Assembly (NCBI GenBank): GCA_009919005.1
Contig: RGCW01000002.1
Span: 4,279 to 68,278 of the forward strand
DNA from: Candidatus Aquidulcis sp.
GTDB taxonomy: Bacteria > Chloroflexota > Limnocylindria > Limnocylindrales > Limnocylindraceae
Length of the DNA stretch: 64,000 nt
Direction of reading: 5' to 3'
The notes below the pieces were generated by a model that was given only the letters and a program-made list of their open reading frames with translations, was not told the DNA's origin and did no database searches. Made by a program: the position numbers and the translations under genes. Positions 1 to 9,328 of this stretch are shown piece after piece (position 1 is the stretch's first letter; each line of letters opens with the position of its first letter).

Positions 1-15
1 CGCCCCCCGTTTGCC

Positions 16-3000
16 ATGACGGGGGTGGCGTGGCACGCTCCACTGCACATGTTTACTCCTGTTGACGCAAAGCCAGACCTGATCAGCCTGGAGCACCAGA
101 TGCTGGCGCGCTGGCGTGCCAACAACACCTTCGGGCGCCTGAAAGCGCAAACCGCTGGCGGGGAGCCGTGGTCTTTCCTTGACGGCCCCATCACCGCGAA
201 TAATCCGATGGGGGTGCACCACGCCTGGGGACGCACCTACAAGGATCTCTTCCAACGGTTTCGAGCAGCCCTCGGCCATGAGCTTCGCTGGCAGCAGGGA
301 TTTGACTGCCAAGGACTCTGGGTCGAAGTCAACGTTGAAAAAGAGCTCGGGTACACCTCGAAGCGGCAGATTGAAGAGCGGGGACTCGCCGAGTTCATTC
401 GACTCTGCAAACAGCGAGTGCTCACCTATGCGGCGCGTCAGACGGAGCAGTCTATTCGTCTTGGCATGTGGATGGACTGGAATGATCCAGCAGAACTTCT
501 GCAATTACGCGACGCGCTTGCCGTTGCGCCAGAAGAGGAGATTGCGATCCACGGAGTAGCCGGCGATGTGCGCGGCACTCCAGAGCGATTGATTGGTCAG
601 CTCGGATCCCCCGAGATCGGTGGTTCGTATTTCACCTTCTCCGACGAGAACAACGATCTCATTTGGGGCTTCCTTGCCGAGTGCAATCGTCGCGGCTGGC
701 TGTATAAGGGGAGTGACAGCATGCCGTGGTGCACTCGTTGTGGTACGGGCATTAGTCAGCATGAGATGACGGAAGGGTATGCCGACCGAGAGGACCCTTC
801 GGTGTATTTCGGCCTCCCGCTCGTCGATCGTCCCGGAGAGGAACTACTCGTGTGGACAACGACACCGTGGACGATTCCCGCCAACGTCGCCGCCGCCGTA
901 AATCCTGCCCTCTCCTATGAGCTCGTGGAATTTGACGGACGACGTCTTTGGATCGGAGCAACTCGACGTGTGGCTGCGCTTGGAGGCGGCGCTCCGCGCG
1001 CCAAGGTCCTTGACGTAAAGACCGGGAGCGAACTGATCGGATGGCGGTACCAAGCGACATTTGATGATGCTCCCGCAGTTGCGGAAGCGCTCGGGCCACG
1101 CGGTGCGGCGCACCGCGTTATCTCATGGAGCGATGTCGGAGCCGAGGAGGGGACAAGCATCGTGCATATCGCTCCCGCCTGCGGTAGCGAAGACCACGCG
1201 CTCGGTGTCACGGAGTCGCTCCCCATGATCGCGCCGATTGATGAGGCGGGAACCTACCTTCCGGGTTTTCACGAACTGAGCGGCCAGGATTGGCTCGAGG
1301 TGTCAGACCTGGTCTTCGCCGCTCTTGAGAAGAGTGGAAGCATGTTGCGCAAAGAGCGCATCACGCACCGCTATCCACACTGCTGGCGATGTGCAACGCC
1401 TCTGGCATTTCGCCTGGTTGACGAGTGGTTTATCAGCATGGGGGCTACCTATGACAAGCCGCGGGAAGAGTTGACCGCTGAGGAGAAGTCGTCAAGTCTG
1501 CGGTACCAGATCATGGATGTTGTTGACAAGATCACTTGGCTGCCATCATTCGGTCGCGATCGCGAGCTTGACTGGCTGCGAAACATGAGCGACTGGATGA
1601 TTTCAAAGAAGCGGTACTGGGGACTTGCGCTGCCCATCTACGAATGCGCCTCATGCGGAGCAGTTGACGTTATTGGATCACGCTCCGAGCTTGAAGCACG
1701 TGCAGTTGCGGGCGCTGAGGCGATTCTGGGGCGAAGCCCGCATCGTCCATATATCGATGAGGTACGTATCGCGTGCTCATCGTGCCAAAGTGCCGTTCGC
1801 CGCGTCCCGGATGTTGGAAATCCGTGGTTGGATGCCGGAATCGTCTCTCTCTCTACGATGCGGTTCCGTAGCGATCCGGAGTATTGGAAGCGGTGGTTCC
1901 CAGCGGACCTCATCACTGAAAGTTTCCCAGGTCAGTTCCGTAACTGGTTCTATTCGTTGCTTGCCATGTCCACGGTGATGGTCGGGAGTGAACCAACTCG
2001 GGCGGTGTTCGGATACGGCCTTGTATTCGCCGAGGATGGTCGTCAGATGCATAAGAGTTGGGGAAATTCCATTGAGTTTGATGAGGCGGCAGATCGGATG
2101 GGAGCCGATGTCATGCGATGGCTCTTTGCCGGCTCGCGACCCGAAGAGAACGTTCACTTTGGATGGAGTGGGGCGGACGAAGCTCGCCGCCGACTGCTGG
2201 TCCTTTGGAACGTGTACGCCTTCCATGTCGGCTATGCCAATAGTGTGGGGTGGCGACCAGGCGGTCCGGCTCGCCCAGTGGCCCAGCGAGGCGCTATGGA
2301 TCGATGGATCTTGAGTCGCACGGCGGATCTCGTGGCGAAGGTTGAGGAGGCGCTTCGCGCCTACGACGCTCACGCGGCAGTAGCCCGTCTGGAACTTGCC
2401 ATTGACGAGCTTTCCACGTGGTACCTCCGCCGCTCCCGAGATCGCTTTGAGATCTCTGCCAACGCTGATGACCGCTCCGATGCATTTACAACCTTGCACG
2501 ACGTCCTTGTTACGCTCGTACAGGTTGCATCCCCAATCGCCCCGATGCTTACTGACGCGATCTACATCAATCTTGCATCCGATTCAGATTCATCTAGCGT
2601 CCACCTTCAGCCCTGGCCAAGCGATCGGGTGCGTAGCTGGCGCGATCGTAAGTTGGAATCGGACATGAATCGAGTTGTGCGTGCGGCAGAGCTCGGCCGT
2701 TCCGTGCGAAGTGCGGCTGCGCTCCGAACACGACAACCACTTGCACGAGCACGCGTTGTGTTCGGGGGTGAGACCCCGAATCGAGAACTACTTGCGGTGC
2801 TTGCCGACGAACTTAACGTCAAATTGATCGAACCCGTCAGCGATGCATCGGGGCTATTTGAACGTAAGGTCAAGGTTCTATTGCCAAAAGTTGGAAAGCG
2901 ACTCGGTTCTCGTCTACAGGCCGTAATCACCGCAGCGCGTATGGGAGAGGTCACGTTCTTGCCTACCGGCGCAGTGGTTATTGAGGGGATGGAGTTTTCC

Positions 3001-3354
3001 CCCGATGAAATTGAGGTGCAGGCTACGCCTCGAGAAGGGGGATTCGTTGCCGAGGCGGATGGTCTTGTTGTCGAGCTTGAGACCGCTCTCACACCTGAGT
3101 TGATTGCCGAGGGCGATGTCCGTGAGCTATCGCGAGCCGTTCAAGAGTTGCGGAAACGTTCAGGAATGCGGCTTGGTGAGACGATCCTTCTAGCGTTGCC
3201 GAAGAGCGCACGTGGATTGGCGCCGTATTCCCAGGCGATCGCGCGGTCCGTTGGTGCGCGTGACATCAATTTTGACCATGACGACAGCGACGAAAGCGGC
3301 AAGGTGACGCTCTCCTTTGGCGACATTGGATTCTCAATCCACCGGCTGTCGTGA
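16..3354 (+). CDS. ileS: isoleucine--tRNA ligase (long ~1100-aa form)
   Basis: 1112-aa ORF with class I aaRS signatures at the expected positions (DGPITANNPMGVHH in the HIGH region, QMHKSWGN in the KMSKS region). Zn knuckles HRYPHCWRC and CASCG..CSSC. Immediately followed by lspA, the classic ileS-lspA linkage. Confidence 0.9.
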   Translation: MTGVAWHAPLHMFTPVDAKPDLISLEHQMLARWRANNTFGRLKAQTAGGEPWSFLDGPITANNPMGVHHAWGRTYKDLFQRFRAALGHELRWQQGFDCQGLWVEVNVEKELGYTSKRQIEERGLAEFIRLCKQRVLTYAARQTEQSIRLGMWMDWNDPAELLQLRDALAVAPEEEIAIHGVAGDVRGTPERLIGQLGSPEIGGSYFTFSDENNDLIWGFLAECNRRGWLYKGSDSMPWCTRCGTGISQHEMTEGYADREDPSVYFGLPLVDRPGEELLVWTTTPWTIPANVAAAVNPALSYELVEFDGRRLWIGATRRVAALGGGAPRAKVLDVKTGSELIGWRYQATFDDAPAVAEALGPRGAAHRVISWSDVGAEEGTSIVHIAPACGSEDHALGVTESLPMIAPIDEAGTYLPGFHELSGQDWLEVSDLVFAALEKSGSMLRKERITHRYPHCWRCATPLAFRLVDEWFISMGATYDKPREELTAEEKSSSLRYQIMDVVDKITWLPSFGRDRELDWLRNMSDWMISKKRYWGLALPIYECASCGAVDVIGSRSELEARAVAGAEAILGRSPHRPYIDEVRIACSSCQSAVRRVPDVGNPWLDAGIVSLSTMRFRSDPEYWKRWFPADLITESFPGQFRNWFYSLLAMSTVMVGSEPTRAVFGYGLVFAEDGRQMHKSWGNSIEFDEAADRMGADVMRWLFAGSRPEENVHFGWSGADEARRRLLVLWNVYAFHVGYANSVGWRPGGPARPVAQRGAMDRWILSRTADLVAKVEEALRAYDAHAAVARLELAIDELSTWYLRRSRDRFEISANADDRSDAFTTLHDVLVTLVQVASPIAPMLTDAIYINLASDSDSSSVHLQPWPSDRVRSWRDRKLESDMNRVVRAAELGRSVRSAAALRTRQPLARARVVFGGETPNRELLAVLADELNVKLIEPVSDASGLFERKVKVLLPKVGKRLGSRLQAVITAARMGEVTFLPTGAVVIEGMEFSPDEIEVQATPREGGFVAEADGLVVELETALTPELIAEGDVRELSRAVQELRKRSGMRLGETILLALPKSARGLAPYSQAIARSVGARDINFDHDDSDESGKVTLSFGDIGFSIHRLS

Positions 3355-3824
3355 TGCGACGTACGACCCTCGCGGCAGTTGCACTTGCCATCTTCGCCCT
3401 TGATCGAGGAACAAAACTTGTGATTGAAGGGTTGGATCTGCGAGCGCCAATACAGCTGGTCGGCTCACTTCTCCAAATCGTTCGGGGAGAGAATCGAGGT
3501 GGTCTTTTCGGAATTGTGCAGGGGAGTGCACCCCTTCTTGCCGTGCTCAGCGTTGGCGTCGTTGTCGCGCTAGTGATGTATCACGACCGGGAGCGCACCA
3601 CAAAGGTCACCCTTTTGACGATCGGTGTTGGTTTATTAGTCGGTGGCGCAGCGGGCAACTTTGTAGATCGCATTGCCTTCGGATACGTTCTTGATTTTGT
3701 CGATTTCGGTGTGGGGACGCTCAGGTTTTGGACCTTCAACCTCGCTGATGCCGGCATTAGTATTGGGATCGTGACGCTGCTTGCTGACACGTTGTTGCGT
3801 TCACGCGGTGCAGGGCGGGTATGA
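3351..3824 (+). CDS. lspA: lipoprotein signal peptidase II
   Basis: 157-aa multi-TM protein with LspA-type motifs GENRGGLFG and FNLADAGISIG. The GTGATG start overlaps the ileS stop. Confidence 0.9.
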   Translation: MMRRTTLAAVALAIFALDRGTKLVIEGLDLRAPIQLVGSLLQIVRGENRGGLFGIVQGSAPLLAVLSVGVVVALVMYHDRERTTKVTLLTIGVGLLVGGAAGNFVDRIAFGYVLDFVDFGVGTLRFWTFNLADAGISIGIVTLLADTLLRSRGAGRV

Positions 3825-4765
3825 ACGACGCGCGCGAGATTGATCTCCACATTCCACCAGAGGCAGCGCGCCAGCGTGCAGATCGATTCGTTGCGGATCG
3901 CAGTGGATTGTCACGCTCGTTTGTCCAGCGTCTCATCTCTGAGGGTCATCTCACTATGAATGGTCTCATCGTACGTGCGAGCGCGACGTTGTTGCCCGGC
4001 CAGACGCTTCACCTCGTGATCCCGCCCGTGAGTGAGACCACGCTCGCTGCCGAGGATATCCCGTTGACTGTCGTCTATGAAGATGAAGACATTGTTGTGG
4101 TGAACAAGCCTGCGGGACTCGTCGTTCATCCCGCACCGGGACATGCAACAGGGACGCTGGTTAACGCCCTACTGCACCACGTAGAAGAGTTGCCCGGAAT
4201 CGCGGGTGTGGCGCGACCAGGGTTGGTGCACCGCTTGGACAAAGACACGAGCGGTCTCCTGATCGTCGCCAAAGGTGACGTTGCACAGCTGAGCCTCATG
4301 GCGCAGTTGAAGGCACGGCGAATAAAAAAGACCTACCTCGCCCTCGTGCAAGGCTCAGTCGCTGCCGAAGTTGGACGGATCGAGGCGCCGATCGGTCGTG
4401 ATCCTGGTGAGCGCAAGCGGATGGCAGTGGTCGCAAATGGCCGCGACGCGACCACCGGATATCGCGTCCGTGAGCGACTCCCAGGCTGGACGTTGCTCGA
4501 GGTTGACCTCATCACCGGTCGCACCCATCAGATCCGCGTACACCTCACGGAGATCGGGCACCCGATCGCTGGTGATCCGACCTACGGGAACGGCACTAGT
4601 CGTCGTGGCCCCGCGGCGACGACCCGACTCTTCTTGCACGCCTGGAAGATTGTCTTTGCGCACCCGAGGGATGGACGCTTGATCCGACTTGAAGCGGAGC
4701 TGCCGCCCGACCTGCAGGTGCCGCTTGATGCGCTACGGTTGCACTCCAGCAGAGGGGAGGGGTGA
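3821..4765 (+). CDS. rluD: RluA-family 23S rRNA pseudouridine synthase
   Basis: S4-like N-terminus plus catalytic motif HRLDKDTSGLL. ATGA overlap with lspA. Confidence 0.9.
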   Translation: MNDAREIDLHIPPEAARQRADRFVADRSGLSRSFVQRLISEGHLTMNGLIVRASATLLPGQTLHLVIPPVSETTLAAEDIPLTVVYEDEDIVVVNKPAGLVVHPAPGHATGTLVNALLHHVEELPGIAGVARPGLVHRLDKDTSGLLIVAKGDVAQLSLMAQLKARRIKKTYLALVQGSVAAEVGRIEAPIGRDPGERKRMAVVANGRDATTGYRVRERLPGWTLLEVDLITGRTHQIRVHLTEIGHPIAGDPTYGNGTSRRGPAATTRLFLHAWKIVFAHPRDGRLIRLEAELPPDLQVPLDALRLHSSRGEG

Positions 4766-5388
4766 TGGAGCCACAGCGAGGGTTCGGGGCACCAGGCGCC
4801 CAGGTGATCGTTATCTCAGGTCCAAGTGGCGTCGGCAAAGACACCATCATCAATGAGCTGCGCCGTCGCCCCGTGGGTCAGACCTTTCACTATGTCGTCA
4901 CTTGCACCACACGGCCCCCACGCGTGGGTGAGATGGATGGAGTTCACTATCACTTTCACAGTCGAGACTCCTTTGACGCCCTCCACGCGGCAGGAGAGTT
5001 ACTTGAGTCCGCTACGGTTCACGATCGTTCGTACGGCACGCCGCGTGGGGAGGTGCGCGCGGCGCTCGAACGCGGCCAGGATGCCCTGTGCAAGATTGAT
5101 GTCCAGGGTGCCCGAAGTCTGCGCAAGGTCATACCTGAGGCACTCCTGATCTTCATCGCCCCGCCCTCACCAGAGGCACTTGCCGAGCGACTTGCTGGTC
5201 GTGGAACGGAGACGGCTGAAGAGCTCGTGACGCGCGCTCGTAACGCCATTACCGAAATGGAACGTGCCGACGAGTATGACTACCTCGTGCTCAATGAGAC
5301 GGGGTATCCCGAGGAGGCTGCGGCTCAGGTAGAGAAGATCGTCCTTGCTGAGCGTGACAAGCATCCGGGGCGCCGGATCTCGGTGTGA
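4762..5388 (+). CDS. gmk: guanylate kinase
   Basis: P-loop GPSGVGKDT and TTRPPRVGEMDGVHYHF motif; 208 aa. Confidence 0.9.
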   Translation: MMEPQRGFGAPGAQVIVISGPSGVGKDTIINELRRRPVGQTFHYVVTCTTRPPRVGEMDGVHYHFHSRDSFDALHAAGELLESATVHDRSYGTPRGEVRAALERGQDALCKIDVQGARSLRKVIPEALLIFIAPPSPEALAERLAGRGTETAEELVTRARNAITEMERADEYDYLVLNETGYPEEAAAQVEKIVLAERDKHPGRRISV

Positions 5389-7814
5389 CTGGGGGCCTCC
5401 AGACTCAACCAGCGGGCAGGGTGACCCGCCTCCGCGTCGCAGTCGATGTTCCAGGAGCTCCTGGCGATCGTCTCTACGATTACCAGTCGCGTGAGGGCCT
5501 GGTAGTTGGCGTGGGGGATGGAGTGATCGTTCCATTCGGTGGGCGACGCGCCATTGGCGTTGTAGTGGCGGTAGATCCGCCCGAAGCTCCGCCCGCCGAT
5601 ATCGCGCTCAAGACAGTCGAGGGACGATTGGGTGTCGAGCCGCTCGTTACGCCCCTCCTGATGGCCCTAGCCGAAGTGATCGCCCGACGCTGGGCCGCGC
5701 CGTTAGCCACCACGATCCGCTCACTTCTGCCGGCTGGCATGTTGGATGCGGTGGTATTGGAGGCTCGGAGAGTTGGCGGACCGAGCGATGAGGCGGATCG
5801 AATTGGTCTCGGAGAGGAGTGGGTCTCCGTAGACCGCCTCACTGGGGCCCGGGGATCTATGCGAGCCTCAACCCTGAAAACGCTACGACAATTGGAACTT
5901 CGCGGTGATGCCGAGCGACGCTGGTCGCTTGTGCGGAAGGGCGCTGCAAGCTTAGACACGACCTTCGCGGCGATGAGCGTTGACTTCGCGCCAGCAGAGG
6001 TGCAGAACGTTCGCCTAGGCGTACGGCAGCGAGCAGCGCTCAGTGAACTGATCGCTGCGTCGGGCACCGACGACCCATGGATCGCTGCGAGCGCGCTCCC
6101 CGGGGGGCTACCGACGCTTCGTCGGTTGGCGGAGGTTGGTCTTGTTCGCCTGGAGGTCCGCAGAATCCAGCGCAGGCACTCGGATCGACGAGCTCCAATG
6201 ACGAAGGTTGCAGTAGGGCCACTCACGCTGACACCCGCTCAGCAAGAGATGGTTGAGGCTGTCTGCGAGCCGCACGCATCTGGGGGCACCCTGCTCGTCG
6301 ATGGGGCACCAGGGTCTGGCAAGAGTCGGGCGGCGGCTGAGGCGGCGATGCGGACGCTTGCCGCTGGACACTCCGTTCTGTGGTTGGTTCCCGAGTCCGC
6401 ACAAGTGGCAATCGCAGCCGACATGCTCGCCGAGGCGGGTGGGACCCCCGAGTTGATCCATTCGGGCATGAGCGATGGTGAACGTCTGGACGCGCACGAT
6501 CGACTGCGTGGACTCGGACCACACCTCGTTGTCGGTACGCGAATAGCTCTTGGAGCGCTCGGTGTTGAACTCGGCCTGATCGTCGTCGACGAAGAACATG
6601 AGAGCGCGTACAAGTCTGATCGCGCCCCCCGGATCCACGCTCGAGAGGCGGCACGCGAGCTGGCCAACCTTGCACACGCCAAAACACTCCTCATTAGCGC
6701 AACGCCAGCGATTGAATCGCTGGCTCGAGCTGAACAGGAGCACTGGAGGCGCTTCACCCTGCCACGCCGTAGTCCTGCGCCACGCGTAGACGTCGTTGAT
6801 TTGCGGACGGAGCTTGCGGATGGTTGGCGCGGCATGATGAGTCGCGCACTCGTGGCACAGCTGACCTCGTTGAATTGGGAGGGTGGTGCGCAAGCGCTGC
6901 TGATCATCAATCGCCGCGGGCTCGCTTCAGCACTCCTCTGCCGCGACTGTGGGGCCGCCCAATCTTGTCCATCGTGCGAGCGACCGCTGGTGCTGCACAG
7001 CGCAGGGTCACTGCTCCGTTGCCACGGATGTGGATTGGCGGCGGAGCCGCTCGCACGGTGCCCTTCGTGTGGGGGAGCACGGATTCGGCCGCTCGGCGGT
7101 GGGACTGAGCGGCTTGAGGCCGAGGTTCGTTCGGTATTTCCCGCGCTAGCCATCGATCGGCTCGACGCGGATTCGGCCTCTGGTATCGGATCGGGCGATC
7201 GAATTCTTGACGGATTCCGAAGCGGACGCACGCAAGTGCTGATTGGTACCGCGCTTGCCGCGAAGGCGCTAGATCTCCCAGCGCTGGCACTCGTCGCGGT
7301 CGTCTCGGCCGATACTGGGCTACTCCTACCCGATGAGCGCGCCGCTGAACGTGCCGTCTCCCTGGTGGTTCAGGCGGTGGGCCGGCTCGGACGAGGCAGT
7401 GATGCAGGCATAGCGATCATCCAAAGCTACCGCCCCGACGATCCTGCCATTACCGCCGCAGTGGAAATCGCCCGAGGTGGCAGTGTGGACGCCTGGCGCG
7501 CGCGGGAGATTGGACTACGCAAGTCGGCGGGTGGAGCCCCCTTCCTGCGGACGCTCAAACTTAGTGCCGCTGCGGCCACCTCAGTTGAAGCCCGACGATC
7601 GGCAGAGCGCCTCGCCGCTGCCCTTCGCGCTGCGGCATCTGAAGTGGGTGATCGTCAGGCTCGCATCTTCGGTCCCATTCCCGCATGGGTTCCACGCCGC
7701 GCTGGCCGCTGGCGAGAGCACGTAATTCTCCGAGCGGAAAACCTTGATCGATATCTCCCCCTCGTCCGCGGGCGAGAGATCCTGCTAGACGTTGAGCCAG
7801 AGACGCTCCTGTAG
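5385..7814 (+). CDS. priA: primosomal replication-restart helicase PriA
   Basis: 809 aa with Walker A GAPGSGKS and a VVDEEHE box. Cys-rich zinc insertion CRDCG..CPSCE..CHGCG..CPSCG. Confidence 0.9.
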   Translation: MTGGLQTQPAGRVTRLRVAVDVPGAPGDRLYDYQSREGLVVGVGDGVIVPFGGRRAIGVVVAVDPPEAPPADIALKTVEGRLGVEPLVTPLLMALAEVIARRWAAPLATTIRSLLPAGMLDAVVLEARRVGGPSDEADRIGLGEEWVSVDRLTGARGSMRASTLKTLRQLELRGDAERRWSLVRKGAASLDTTFAAMSVDFAPAEVQNVRLGVRQRAALSELIAASGTDDPWIAASALPGGLPTLRRLAEVGLVRLEVRRIQRRHSDRRAPMTKVAVGPLTLTPAQQEMVEAVCEPHASGGTLLVDGAPGSGKSRAAAEAAMRTLAAGHSVLWLVPESAQVAIAADMLAEAGGTPELIHSGMSDGERLDAHDRLRGLGPHLVVGTRIALGALGVELGLIVVDEEHESAYKSDRAPRIHAREAARELANLAHAKTLLISATPAIESLARAEQEHWRRFTLPRRSPAPRVDVVDLRTELADGWRGMMSRALVAQLTSLNWEGGAQALLIINRRGLASALLCRDCGAAQSCPSCERPLVLHSAGSLLRCHGCGLAAEPLARCPSCGGARIRPLGGGTERLEAEVRSVFPALAIDRLDADSASGIGSGDRILDGFRSGRTQVLIGTALAAKALDLPALALVAVVSADTGLLLPDERAAERAVSLVVQAVGRLGRGSDAGIAIIQSYRPDDPAITAAVEIARGGSVDAWRAREIGLRKSAGGAPFLRTLKLSAAAATSVEARRSAERLAAALRAAASEVGDRQARIFGPIPAWVPRRAGRWREHVILRAENLDRYLPLVRGREILLDVEPETLL

Positions 7815-7818
7815 CGCT

Positions 7819-7827
7819 TGCTAGAAT
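7819..7827 (+). promoter_or_regulatory. candidate extended -10 (TGcTAGAAT) placed 6 nt before the def ATG (leaderless arrangement)
   Basis: TGCTAGAAT, then ccgacc, then ATG 7834. There is no Shine-Dalgarno in the 19-nt priA-def gap. Confidence 0.35.
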
Positions 7828-7833
7828 CCGACC

Positions 7834-8385
7834 ATGAGCGTGCGACCGATCCTGCTGCTTGGTGACCCACGGCTCCGCGTTCCTGGAGCGCCCGTTGAGA
7901 GTTTCGGCAAGCTGCTGCACTCGCTCCTCGACGATCTTGCACACACGATGCGCGCGGCTCCTGGGGTGGGCCTTGCGGCGCCGCAACTCGGAGAACCCCT
8001 GAATGTTGCCGTTGTGGAGGCAAAGGGGAAAACCTATGAGCTGGTCAATCCACGTATCGTTCGCGATGTTGGCGACCAAACGGACCTTGAGGGCTGCCTC
8101 TCAATTCCTGGCTATGTAGCAGAGATCACGCGAAAAGAGCGGGTCTGGGTTGAGGCACAAGACCGAACGGGAAGGCCTTACAAGTTTAGTGAGCATGGAT
8201 TCTTGGCACGAGCCGTTCAACATGAACTTGATCATCTCGCTGGGACGCTGTACATCGACTACCTCGATTCCATGGACCAACTCATTGCCGTTGATGAAGG
8301 CGACGACGATGCTCTCGACGACTCTCCAGAGGCGGTCGCTGCAAAGAAGCGCCGAGCGGCGCTACGAGGCCATAGTCACAAGTAG
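7834..8385 (+). CDS. def: peptide deformylase
   Basis: All three PDF motifs are present: GVGLAAPQ, EGCLS, HELDH. Confidence 0.95.
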   Translation: MSVRPILLLGDPRLRVPGAPVESFGKLLHSLLDDLAHTMRAAPGVGLAAPQLGEPLNVAVVEAKGKTYELVNPRIVRDVGDQTDLEGCLSIPGYVAEITRKERVWVEAQDRTGRPYKFSEHGFLARAVQHELDHLAGTLYIDYLDSMDQLIAVDEGDDDALDDSPEAVAAKKRRAALRGHSHK

Positions 8386-8389
8386 TCGA

Positions 8390-9328
8390 TTGATCCTGTT
8401 TGGGAGCGGTGGCTTTGCCGTCCCGTCGTTCAGTGCAGTTGCCACTGACCCTCGTTTTGAGATCGTTGCGGTCGTGACAGCGCCACCACGCGAGGCGGGT
8501 CGACGTGGCTCACCCCGTCCAACACCCGTAGATGCGTGGGCCAGCGACCGTGACCTTCCTATTCTGCACATTGAACGGGTGCGCGAAGCTCACGCTCTCG
8601 CCCAGATCACCCCCATCAACGCCGAGGCGGCCCTCCTGGCTGACTTCGGTCAAATCATTCCAATGACGCTGCTGAGTCATTACCGATGCGGCATCATCAA
8701 TCTGCATCCGTCGCTGCTGCCGCGGCACCGGGGCGCGAGCCCCATTCCCGCGACGATTCTTGCTGGCGATCTAGAGACTGGGGTGACAACGATCCTGATG
8801 GATCAGGGCGTGGACACAGGTCCAGTTCTCGCCGTCCAACGCCTCCCCCTCAACGCAACGGTTGCGGCGCCACAACTTGAGCGCGAACTTGCCGAGCTTG
8901 CGGCTGATGGCGTGTCGGATACGTTGGCGACGTGGATCCATGGTGGCGGAGAGTCGCATCCTCAGGCCACCGTCGGCGTGACGCAGACCCATCGCATCAC
9001 TCGCGAGGATGGGCGGATCGGAGCACTCACCCCCAAGGAGAGAGCCCTGCGCATGTGGCGCGCCTACCAGCCGTGGCCCGGGATCTGGATTGAGTGGCCT
9101 CGGATCGGCAATCGAATCAGGTTAGATGTGGTGGGCGATGCCGAGCACGCCGCAGCGCTACCACCTGGCAGCCTCACCGTACGCGACAAGAGGCTGCTCC
9201 TACTCCTCCCAGGTGGCGCTCTGGAATTGGAGCGTGTGACACCAGCCAACGGCAGGTCGATGACGGGCGCGGAGTTCGCGCGAGGTCGTCAGGCGGATCT
9301 TGAGACACGTGGGAGAATCGCGGAATGA
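8390..9328 (+). CDS. fmt: methionyl-tRNA formyltransferase
   Basis: Fmt N-terminus ILFGSGGFAVPSF and HPSLLPRHRGASPI motif. The ORF-track start (8150) lies inside def. The first plausible start after the def stop is TTG 8390, giving 312 aa, a typical Fmt length. Start uncertain. Confidence 0.85.
   Translation: MILFGSGGFAVPSFSAVATDPRFEIVAVVTAPPREAGRRGSPRPTPVDAWASDRDLPILHIERVREAHALAQITPINAEAALLADFGQIIPMTLLSHYRCGIINLHPSLLPRHRGASPIPATILAGDLETGVTTILMDQGVDTGPVLAVQRLPLNATVAAPQLERELAELAADGVSDTLATWIHGGGESHPQATVGVTQTHRITREDGRIGALTPKERALRMWRAYQPWPGIWIEWPRIGNRIRLDVVGDAEHAAALPPGSLTVRDKRLLLLLPGGALELERVTPANGRSMTGAEFARGRQADLETRGRIAE

Noticed and set aside
8150-8389. N-terminal 80-aa extension of the fmt ORF as given in the ORF track
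   Set aside because: The extension lies inside def in another frame and has no Fmt similarity. The Fmt homology starts at ...ILFGSGGFAVP just after the def stop.
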